Shown in pieces: positions 49,876 to 60,716 of a stretch of DNA of 64,000 nucleotides. The position numbers were made by a program, and so were the translations under genes. Numbering within the stretch: the first letter of the stretch is position 1; each line of letters starts with the position of its first letter. This stretch comes from Heterodontus francisci (lineage: Eukaryota). The stretch lies in the NCBI RefSeq assembly GCF_036365525.1, contig NC_090396.1, forward strand, positions 53,987,297-54,051,296, in the 5' to 3' direction. The notes beneath the pieces were generated by a model. The model saw only the letters and a program-made list of their open reading frames with translations, did not search any database and had not been told where the DNA came from.

Positions 49876-52063
49876 TTCTTCTTTGGCCTCCTTGTCTCGG
49901 GAGACAATGGGTAAGCGCCTGGAGGTGGTCAGTGGTTTGTGGAGTAGCGCCTGGAGTGGCTATAAAGGCCAATTCTAGAGTGACAGACTCTTCCACAGGT
50001 GCTGCAGAAAGAATTGGTTGTCGGGGCTGTTACACAGTTGGATCTCCCCTTGTGCTTCTGTCTTTTTTCCTGCCAACTGCTAAGTCTCTTCGACTCGCCA
50101 TACTTTAGCCCCACCTTTATGGCTGCCCGCCAGCTCTGGCGATCGCTGGCAACTGACTCCCACGACTTGTGATCAATGTCACAGGACTTCATGTCGCGTT
50201 TGCAGATGTCTTTAAAGTGGAGACATGGACGGCTGGTAGGTCTGATATCAGTGGCGAGCTCGCTGTACAATATGTCCTTGGGGATCCTGCCATCTTCCAT
50301 GCGGTTCACATGGCCGGGCTATCTCCAGCGCCGCTGACTCAGTAGTGTGTATATGCTGGGGATGTTGGCCGCCTCGAGGACTTCTGTGCTGGAGGTACGG
50401 TCCTGCCACCTGATGCCAAGTATTCTCCAGAGGCAGCCAAGATGGAATGAATTGAGACGTCGCTCTTGGCTGACATGCGTTGTCCAGGCCTCGCTGCCGT
50501 AGAGCAAGGTACTGAGGACACAGGCTTGATACACTCGGACTTTTGTGTTCCGTGTCAGTGCGCCATTTTCCCACACTCTCTTGGCCAGTCTGGACATAGC
50601 AGTGGAAGCCTTTCCCATGTGCTTGTTGATTTCTGCATCGAGAGACAGGTTACTGGTGATAGCTGAGCCAAGGTAGGTGAACTCTTGAACCACTTCCAGA
50701 GCGTGGTCGCCGATATTGATGGATGGAACATTTCTGATGTCCTGTCCCATGATGTTCGTTGACCAGTTCTACGAGGAACTCCATAATATTAGTAGCATCC
50801 CCAATACCGAACATCTGTTCCTGCTGGGTGACTTTAATCCCAGGGTTGGGGCCGACCATGACTCATGGCCCTCCTGCCTTGGGCGCTATGGCATTGGAAG
50901 GATGAATGAAAATGGACAGAGACTGCTTGAGTTGTGTACCTATCATAACCTCTGCATCATCAACTCGTTCTTTCACACTAAACCCGGTCACCAGGTTTCT
51001 TGGAGGTACCCAAGATCACGTCGTTGGCACCAGCTGGACCTCATCGTCACAAGACGAGCCTCCTTTAAACTGTGTTCAAATCTCACACATCTTCCACAGT
51101 GCGGACTGCGACACCGACCACTCCCTGGTGTGCAGCAAGGTTAGGCTCAAACCAAAGAAGCTGCATCACTCCAAGCAGAAGGGCCACCCGCGCATCATGA
51201 GCAGAATTTCTTATCCACAGCTGTTACAAAAATTTCTAAATTCAGTTGAAAAAGCCCTTCAAAACACTCCCACAGGGGATGCAGAGACCAAGTGGGCCCA
51301 CATCAGAGACGCCATCTATGAGTCAGCCATGACCACCTATGGCAAACTTGTGAAGCGGAATGCAGACTGGTTTCAATTTCATTTTGAAGAGCTGGAACCT
51401 GTCATAGCCGCTAAGCGCATTGCACTGCTGAACTACGAAAAAGTCTCCAGCGAGTTAACATCCGTAGCACTTAAAACAGCCAGAAGCGCTGCGCAAATGA
51501 CTACTGGCAACACCTATGCAGTCATATTCAGCTGGCCTCAGACACCGGAAACATCAGAGCAATGTATGATGGCATTAAGAGAGCTTTTGGGCCAACCATC
51601 AAGAAGATTGCCCCCTCCCCCCCCCCCCCCCCCCCCCTTCAAATCTAAATCAGGGGACACAATCACTGACCAACGCAAGCAAATGGACCGCTGGGTCGAG
51701 CACTACCTAGAACTGTACTCCAGGGAGAATGTCACTGATACCGCCCTCAATGCAGCCCAGTCTCTGCCAGTCATGGATGAGCTGGACGTACAGCTAACAA
51801 AATTGGAACTCAGTGATGCCATTGATTCTCTAGCCAGCGGAAAAGCCCCTGGGAAGGACGGCATTACCCCTGAAATAATCAAGAGTGCTAAGCCTGCTAT
51901 ACTCTCGGCACTGTACAGAACTGCTTTGCCTGTGCTGGGACGAGGGAGCAGTACCACAGGACATGCGTGATGCCAATGTCATCACCCTCTATAAAAACAA
52001 AGGTGACCGCGGTGACTGCAACAACTACCGTGGAATCTCCCTGCTCAGCATAGTGGGGAAAGT
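49876..52063 (-). mobile_element. RTE-clade LINE with a 5' inversion (3' part on minus 49876-50760; 5' part on plus 50761-52067), TSD CTTTTATAATGT
   Basis: Minus-strand peptides VYQACVLSTLLYGSEAW and CSTCGRVCHSRIG; plus-strand APE motifs LLGDFNPRVG and HQLDLIV through NYRGISLLSIVGKVF; TSD at 49864-49875 and 52064-52075. Confidence 0.93.
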
Positions 52064-52084
52064 CTTTTATAATGTCCTTATCTA

Positions 52085-52800
52085 GAATCTAAATTTGACA
52101 GCACAGATCATCATTCGTTCCATCATTCCTGTACCAACCCTCAAAGAACTATCCAATTGGCCCTTTTCTCTTTCTTTCCCAACCCCTCCCCAACCATAGC
52201 CTTTTTAAGCTTTTTTAAAAAATAATTATTCACTGATTTTTAAATGCTAATATGGGTTCTGCTATCGCCTATTACTGGTACAGCAGGCATTCCATATCAT
52301 ACACTGTTATTCTCCTAACCATCACCAGTGGTTATCTTAAGCTTATGCCCTTTTGGTTACTGACTCACTAACCAGTGGAAATAATGTTTACCTTAGCAAA
52401 ACTTTGAATCAGATCCTCCTCTTAGGTTCTTTTTATTAAAAGAAAGTTTGAGATTCTTTGGTCTGTCCTCATTACTAAAGCCCCTCATCTCTGGTATCAC
52501 TGCAGATTCTCCATGGTCTTGACATCTTTCCTAAAGTAGGGCACCCAGAACTTGATAGAGCATTGTAACTGCAGCCTAACCACTTGCATAATAGGTTTTG
52601 CATTATCTTGTTGCTTTTGCATCCCATGCCCCTACTTTTAAAACCTTTGATCCATAGTGTTTTTAAAAAAAAAACAGATTTATCATCACCACATTTAGAG
52701 CTACATATTGAGCTGCTCCGTCTCTGCTGTACTCCTTTTAAAATGTTTGTCCTTCTTTCAAAATATACATTTTCATTTGCTATCCATGTACCCAATCTAC
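52085..52800 (-). mobile_element. Decayed CR1-type 3' fragment
   Basis: GGGCACCCAGAACTTG (reverse complement of xFWVP), CTAACCAGTGGAAATA, and tail similarity to 23310-23578. Confidence 0.7.
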
Positions 52801-54344
52801 TAACCTATTTTACCCTGAAGTCTCTTAGTTCTCTGCACAATAGTTTACCTAAGAATTAACTGTGCTGATGAATATATTTAAATTGCTCCTGCCATGACAT
52901 TTGGGTTTTACACATGAAAGCAAGTAAATATTGCAGTCAACTCTAAAGATGGATTAAATGTCCACCTGGCACGATTTGTACATGTAATGCTCCCTCTTGG
53001 ACAGCAGCAGCCATTCATTTCTGGTTTACAAGAGGGACGTTTCGGTCTTTCAAATGTGCTGTACACTGCCACCCAAAACATTGATTCTGGGAGTTCACCA
53101 GAGCCAGGCTTTATTAATTTTAGGACTAATAAATATTCACTTTTACTTGAACCTACTGGAGGTTCTTCCCTTACATTGACTAGTATCTATTAAGCAATGA
53201 ATCATTCTAGTTAATGGACTGACTATTAAAACAAATAACTGTGCTTCATGTAACTACTCTGGAAAATTAATTACCATCCAGATGTTTAATATAGAGGCCA
53301 TTAAAGTAATGAAATTGTACAATGAGTCATCTGACATGACTGAATCATGAATACAGTAAAGGTGACAACATATTTCCAATTTCAATACAACAATGTTTTG
53401 GATATAAAGTCCCAAATTGCTCCGAACTTCAGCACTGTGAATATACAAAATCCATTTCTTTTATCTGCAAATTTGATTTTGGGCAGTTTTATTGGAATGG
53501 TTACAGTAATAGAAATATTAATTTTTCACGTCAGCTGAGGTTGCATAGCTGAAGCTTTGGTACAGTTTGGAATTTCTGGCATGCTGTTATCTTAGTGAAC
53601 TTTGTTCCCTGCAAGTTAACTGCATAACATTAAGCCCAATAAACTGCTCCCTTTTTCCGTTGCCTCCTGCCTTACTGTAAACCTTCCTATTTTTTTCTGG
53701 ATTTCCCATTTGCAATATCTGTTTTAAAGGCCTTCCCTGGTAATTTATTTCCCATCTCAATTTTGAGTGAAAAAGTTGATTTTCTCTTCCTAATTTCCAG
53801 TTCTGCCGTATACTTGGAACACTTCAACTTATTTAATGTTTAATATTCACATTTACTCCTAACAATGGTTTTAAAGGTAATTTATTTAACCTAAAGTAAG
53901 AAAGGGCAGTTGGTTAAACATTAAAAATTATTATTTTTGGTGAATCAAAAACAGTGGCAGCAGAGGAATTGCATGGCTGATAGTGAGAATATTTTTATGG
54001 TGTCAAAGGATCATCTCTTTATATGAAAACACTTCTGTGAAGAAATAACATCTTTGAAACTGTTAACACTTCCAGTGTTTGCTATTTATAGTGAATTGTA
54101 AACCAGTTCTTTATACATGTGATTCCAATTTGGTGATTAAATGCTGATATTGACCATTCTACCAGAGCTGGATAATGATGCCTTGGCCTTTCACAGATGC
54201 CATAAATTTGAATCTATTCAACTTTAACCTACCAAATGGGAACTTCTGTCCCACAGCTCATAATTTCTAAATGTTTTTTGTTTCAAAGTTGGTGCTACAT
54301 TTTGAAAGCTTTCTCTCTCTTCTTTCCCCGCCCCTCCCTCACAG

Positions 54345-54797
54345 GTGAAGCGGGAGCCAGGTGAAAATGGAGCCAGTCTCACAGATCAGGAGCTTGTCTC
54401 GATGTCTGTTCGAGAACTAAACCAACATCTGCGGGGCCTTACCAAAGAGGACATCATCCGGCTGAAGCAGCGTCGCAGAACGCTCAAGAACCGTGGCTAC
54501 GCAGCCAGCTGCCGCGTCAAGAGGGTAACTCAGAAGGAGGAATTGGAGAAGCAGAAAGCAGAACTTCAGCAAGAGGTGGAGAAGCTGGCATCCGAGAATG
54601 CCAGCATGAAATTGGAGCTAGATGCCCTGCGATCCAAGTATGAGGCCTTGCAGAGCTTCGCCAGGACCGTGGCCAGAGGACCCGTCATGCCGGTTAGAGG
54701 TCCCATCACCTCTGCCATTGGCCCCATTATGCCAGGCAAAGTGGCTACCACCAGCGTCATCACAATAGTCAAATCCAAAACTGATGCAAGATCTTAG
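54345..54797 (+). CDS. MAFG: MAFG last coding exon (codons 13-162: extended homology region, basic region, leucine zipper, C-terminus)
   Basis: Polypyrimidine tract plus CACAG acceptor; VKREPGENG...[32 protein letters not shown]...[14 protein letters not shown] is diagnostic of MafG rather than MafK or MafF. The GTG is Val13, not a start codon. Confidence 0.98.
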   Translation: MKREPGENGASLTDQELVSMSVRELNQHLRGLTKEDIIRLKQRRRTLKNRGYAASCRVKRVTQKEELEKQKAELQQEVEKLASENASMKLELDALRSKYEALQSFARTVARGPVMPVRGPITSAIGPIMPGKVATTSVITIVKSKTDARS

Positions 54798-57700
54798 TAC
54801 ATACTGCTGCAGACACAGGCCAGAGCCAAACTAGTTTGTAGTAAAGCTGGTCAATTCATGGATTTAAACACGAGGTCTTTTTTTAAAAACAATTCCACCC
54901 CTAGACAAATGTTTGAAATATATTTTTTCACAGGACTCAATGAATAAGCAAAGCGCTAGTTAAAATGGCCACCTTAGCTTAATCATGGAAACCAAAACTT
55001 GAGTTTGGCAGCTTTACCTGGTCCATCTCCTATCACAATTCATGTAGCTGTCTCCAGTTTTAACTGATCCACATGAAATCAAAATTAATAGAAAGTCAGC
55101 ACCAGACTCGCACTGAGTACTGTATGTAGCCACAGGGAATAAGATGGCGACCTTAATTTCTGGGAATACCTTGCCGCTTGACAGCATTTCATACAGACTG
55201 AATTGTAGCAACTCCACAGCCTTCCTAAAGGTCAAGCTGATTGATTTTACTGTAATTTGAGCAAACTTTCCAAAAAAAAATATCGTTTTTTTTTCCCTTT
55301 ATTTGAATGAAGTGGCATCATGATATGTTTAAGCAAATCCCAATATTGAACAGTGCTGTAGTAGTTGAATCAATTCGGTTGTAACACAGTTTGCCAGTAC
55401 AGTGGGATATGTTTTCTTAATTGGAGATTTTATTTCTGATTGAAACCTTGTGGCTAACTTTGTGCACTGACCAGTTAACGGCTTCTCATATTCATGCACA
55501 TCTGAACACGGTGTACCGTATCACCATGGAGTAAGGTAGTTCAAATGACCTGTTCATATGGTTAAGTATTCCTTTCTATTCATATACTACTGGGTCTTTC
55601 TTGACAAATTTATAGCACAAATTAGAAATTTTGATTGTAATTTGTACATTAAAAAAAAATACCCATTGGAAGATGATGCACAACATTTAATAATGTGCCG
55701 AGATGGGAGGAGGCAGAATTAATAGCACCCTTTGAAACACTATAAGCTGTTACAGCAACCCTGCCATTTACTTGTTACTATCCAACGAAGGCAGTGGAGT
55801 GTCAGTCTGTACAATAAGCTTTTGAATCATTTGACATATAGAAACTTAATTCTTTGTGGCTTTGGATATGTCAAAATGGACAGCTTCTGATGACCCTATA
55901 CCTTTTTTTGAATTTTTTTGTAGTTTATTAAATTGTGTAATGTATAACTGTTGAATATCGTACAGACAGCTCAAATGTCTGGTGTTTAAAGTTTATAGAT
56001 TTAATGAAATGTTATTTTCCACAACATGGTGTTTAATCATACACATTCAACGGTTGTATAATACTGCGGAAGTTGTGGTAATCGAATGTTCAGATTACCA
56101 CTGATAAGTGGGAGAAGAAAAGAACAATCTAAGCACCAGAAGAGAACACTATTTCAGCAAAAACCCTGTTATCTATATGCTTTTTGCCTTTAAGAAAAAG
56201 GTTTAATCCTCTCTTGATTGTCATAGGTTCAATGTGGAGAGTTGGCTTATCATTTGTTCCTGCTGACTAGAACTAGCTGCTGTTCCACCTCCCACCCCCA
56301 TTTCTCTCTCCTCAGCCAAAAAAAATGAAAATGACTGACTTGAACCTTTATTGGAACTGCTTCTAAAGAGCAAGTGTGAGTAGAAGGGACTGATTAACCA
56401 CATGAATGAAAATTTATTCAGAGAATCTTTGATAGTAAAAGTTCCTCTTTAGTGTATGTATACAAAGTATCTTTGTCAACATGTAAGGGTATTCGAGTTT
56501 AATTTTTATAAGTACACAGATTATCATACAATATTTATATACAAAAAATCACAAAAAAATTGTTTAATAGCTTTTACAGATGTTTCTAGAGTTGCTTATT
56601 GAAATCAATAGCTTTCTAGTGAATCAGCGTGTTAAGTGGATCCGGGGTGATGTATCTGTGATGTGTTAATATGCAGTTTAGTGTTACTTTACAGTTGTTC
56701 AGTTCTGTATTTATTTGTGTGTGAGCACAATGGGGTTTTATGTTGTGTACATTTTTTCCATATTTCCTCTTCTACACTTGCTGCACATGTGAATTTAAAA
56801 AAAAAAAAATGCAACAAAATTCAAGGGGGTGTGTGAACCTCAAGTTCAGTTTGATCAGTCTCAACTTCTGAAATACTCTTTGGCCCATCTTAACCAAACC
56901 AGGAATACCAAACTATTACACAGCATCAAATGTTAACCATTTGAGATCTATATTCGCTCTGCAGTTTAAAATATGGGGGATGAATTCATGATGAATCTTG
57001 AATTCTTTTGAGAACTTTTGTTGGCTTGTATGCAGCTGTCGTTTCCAAGGTGTCCCCATGTTGTATCTTCTGAACTTTGTATTAATTTGTACACATTTAC
57101 TGCCAACACAAACTAAGGGATTTGTTCTTAGTTTTATTGAAGTAGAATATATATTACAAAGATTTGGAAATGCAAAATATATTCGGTGTCTAATGTAATT
57201 TTGTTGAATGTGTAATCAAAGGTGCTGTTCAATTGAGCTGTTATTGGAGTTGCTGACTGTTTATTGTTAAATGGTTAACTGATTTTTGGTCTAAAATACA
57301 AACCTATTTGGCTAAACTGCATATATGATTTGGTTTCTCGCACACCTCTATCTAATTGTGATGTTGTACTTGTAGAAAATGCTGTTCTACAGAATAGTTA
57401 CACTCAGTAAGAAGAAACTTACTTTTATTGTCAGAAACAATTTCTATCTGTGGCCATAAAGGGCTGTGCAAAAATACTCTCAGCATCTCAGCTCAACCTG
57501 GCTTTTGATCTACCTAAACACCTGCTTAACATCTTTTACCAAGAGTTCTGGGATAGAATCCCAATCAATCCAATTAAACCAAGTAGGATTTATAGCTTAT
57601 CCTAAAGAGATCTGTTAATTTGTTTTTAAAAAAAAAAACCCTTTAAGAATCATGTAGGATTTTTGAATGGGATAGTGTGTAACTATATATTAGAAGTTTT

Positions 57701-58762
57701 TAACTGCAGAACTGAATAATTAAAACTGTAACAAGGCTGCACAATGTAGTTACAAAACTTTACATTCACATTTAGGCCATGCTCTCTCGATGCCAGTTTG
57801 AGATGTTGAGTGTCTGGTACTGATACCATGCCTGCCTTTGGCCAGCTTTAGTGCAATGTGTAGATGTTTTGAATAATGTATAAGATATGTTGTGATTAAG
57901 TAATCACGTGAGGACACAGCAGCTTATCGCTAGAAATTAAGTTCGAGTCTAGTCTTCTGGCAATGAGCATATTGTTGAATGTGGAATCATGTAGACAAGT
58001 GTGAAGTGAGAGCAAATACTTAACAGTCTTCAGTTTTAATTGCTTTTGACAATAACTCTACTGTAGACAAAAATATCTGAATCTGGAAGCCTTTCAATTT
58101 AACCCTGGCTTCCATTCTTGAAACATGCCTATTGTTCAATCAGAGAGTTTTAAAAGTTGAATTCAGACAAATATAAAAGTAATGTAATTAAATTTGTATA
58201 TCTAGTGAGTTTTTCCCCCCCCTCCCTTCACTTTTAAACCCGGGATGTGTTTATCCATGTATGTAAATTACCTATTTGATTTTTAATTGTGCAAGTCTAT
58301 TTCAAATCCATTTAGAGAAGTAATTTTTTTAACCACAATACCAGCAAGGATTAGTTCTAGGGAAAAATATTTTCTGGTGGGTAGAATTTCAACAGTATTT
58401 TTAAAAATTTATAATTTTGGGTAAGAGCATGAACAGTAACCCTGAAGCAGCATATTTTATATTTGAAGCAGGAGTCTAATTTCAGAAAAGGAAATTGCAC
58501 TAGAACTACAGTATGTGGGGGGAGAGATTTATTTCACATTTCAACATTTTTAAACAGAAGCAATGTACTCATGGTGCTGATCATCAGGAGAAGGGAATAT
58601 CCAAGATACAGGTTTCTAATGCCGTTGGAGTTCAAGGAAAGAAGTACTATTTTGATTGTCAATACCTTTTCAAAAAAGGCATTTTGTATTCAAACTGATC
58701 GATTATATTGTCAATGGGTGAAACAATCCCCTTCACTCCCTCAAAATGACCAGAATAATAAC

Positions 58763-58888
58763 TGAAGCCTTGTTCTGATTCCCATTCAGATGCTGTGGTT
58801 ATTTGTTATTCTCTGTTCTTTTAATGAAGCCTTGTTCTGATTCCTATTCAAACGCTGTAGTGGTTTTTATTTTTCTCTGTTCTTTAAT
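58763..58888. repeat. Two-copy 62-bp tandem duplication
   Basis: TGAAGCCTTGTTCTGATTCC at 58763 and 58825. Confidence 0.9.
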
Positions 58889-59143
58889 GCTGTCAGCCCG
58901 TGACGTTTTATTCTGTGAATAGTGGAAGTGCTTGTTTTAGCAAGTGCTTTGTATGTGAGGTGTGTGGCGTACATGTGTACGGCTTGGTGACTGTTGTCAA
59001 GTGAGGTTCTTCAAATATGCAAGCAGCAATTGGTGTCCAGGACAACAGTGCTGGAATAGTGCCCTACAGATAGCAAGGGTGACTACTTATTGTGCAAATA
59101 ATGACTTGATATAAGGGCTAAATAGTTATTTGTGTTACCAGAG

Positions 59144-59168
59144 AGTGTGTGTGTGTGTGTGTGTGTGT
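59144..59168. repeat. (GT)n microsatellite
   Basis: About 12 GT units. Confidence 0.9.
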
Positions 59169-60710
59169 CTGTTTTATAGTGTTCAGAATTATAGACTGGA
59201 GTAATACATGCCAGTGGTCATTTTTGTTAATCTGTTGGCACAAATAGCAAAAAGAACATCGCTGCTGTGTTGAAACCCTTAAGCTTGAAACCCACATGAA
59301 ATGTGTTTTGAACATGTTAGTGAGGAATAGTTTCTTATTTCCTGTAATGACTTCATCAGATGAGATTCAAATTAATGAGAAATCAGAAACAAAAATAAAG
59401 CTGTCTATTTGATTGGATGTTCACATCTAGCCTGATGACTAGATTTTCACACTTGACTAACTAGTTATTAGTGTGCGCTTTCCAACTTTGCAAGCAAACC
59501 TTCAGTCATACTGTTCTTTGCATACTACTATTTGGGCTAACAGAAGTATGCTACTGCACAAGGAATGAAAGATCCTCATCCCTCCTGGCTGCATTTTCTT
59601 GTAGATCAGATTCTAACCCAGGATGTATAATCTCCATATTGCTGTGGAGCAGTGCTCACTTTTTGGAGTCGGTTGGGCAGGTATTCCGTTTCTCTGTTGT
59701 ACTGTTGCCAGAGTGCTGCATCCAGCTTTACATTTATTACAGCCCTTTGACCAGACACTGGCAAATTTTCAGAAGCATTACTGACCTTTATTGGCAAGCA
59801 CATTATTTTGTGATTGCATGTCACTGGGAAGTTAAATACAAGGAGCTAGTGAAGGAATTGGAATGTAGAACCTGGGTAAGGGTCTGTCCCTTGCATCATT
59901 TGAAATTAGATCCTGTTTCTGGAGATCAGTTGGGAAGTGAATGTACATCAGAAGAAAATGCTATTGTAGATTTTATTTTTTCATTGGGCTGAAGTCTAGC
60001 TGCAGTATCTTAGTTTTTGACAAATGTTTTTCTGATGCAGCTGGCTAGTTTATCACTGTACTTTCAAAATTTTGTACCAGATTCAGCTATACTTTTCTTG
60101 ATACTTATGCAAAGCTGGGTACTGGATTGAACTTGAAGCTTGGATAAATTTCATTGCCCCTCCATGCCATTTATTTAGATCTTTGGAGCCTATTATATTT
60201 TGCAAATATTTTCCATGGTCTAGATGTGTTTACTGTAAAATAAAAATGTATGCCATCAGTACAAAGTAATGGGATGTTAGTCTGGGTGCTTAACAGACCT
60301 AAATCTGTTTTGAAGCGTAAGGAAAAGGTTATTACTTTTCACTTCCCAGGAGCATTGTAATCACACTATTGAGGATTGAAATGCTGTTGTAAGGAGGTTG
60401 CATACAACCAATGTAGTGATGTGAGATTTGTGCAGTATTAGATGAATAAAAGTTGAAACTATTTTGATAATGCTCTCTATTAAATTCTGGCTCAAAGGGT
60501 GTAATGAATCACTGTTTTACTTTGTATAAAGAGTCCATTTAATAAGTATTTATTACCTAAATTATTGTACTTTATGATCTGTAGATAAGTATGTATTCAT
60601 AACCGCCATGAAAATTAACTGTATCAGTTTCCATTGGACACATCATTAATTTATTTCTGTATATACTGTATGTTTGTTGAGATACAGCTTACTTTATTTT
60701 GTATATGACC

Positions 60711-60716
60711 AATAAA
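60711..60716 (+). terminator. Candidate distal polyadenylation signal
   Basis: AATAAA preceded by TGTATATA (60658) and TTTTGTATATG. Confidence 0.55.

Noticed and set aside
54345-54347. GTG as the MAFG start codon
   Set aside because: It follows a splice acceptor; the ATG is at 35588.
59471-59992. 173-aa ORF
   Set aside because: GTG start, no recognisable domain or splice context, and it lies in the probable 3' UTR.
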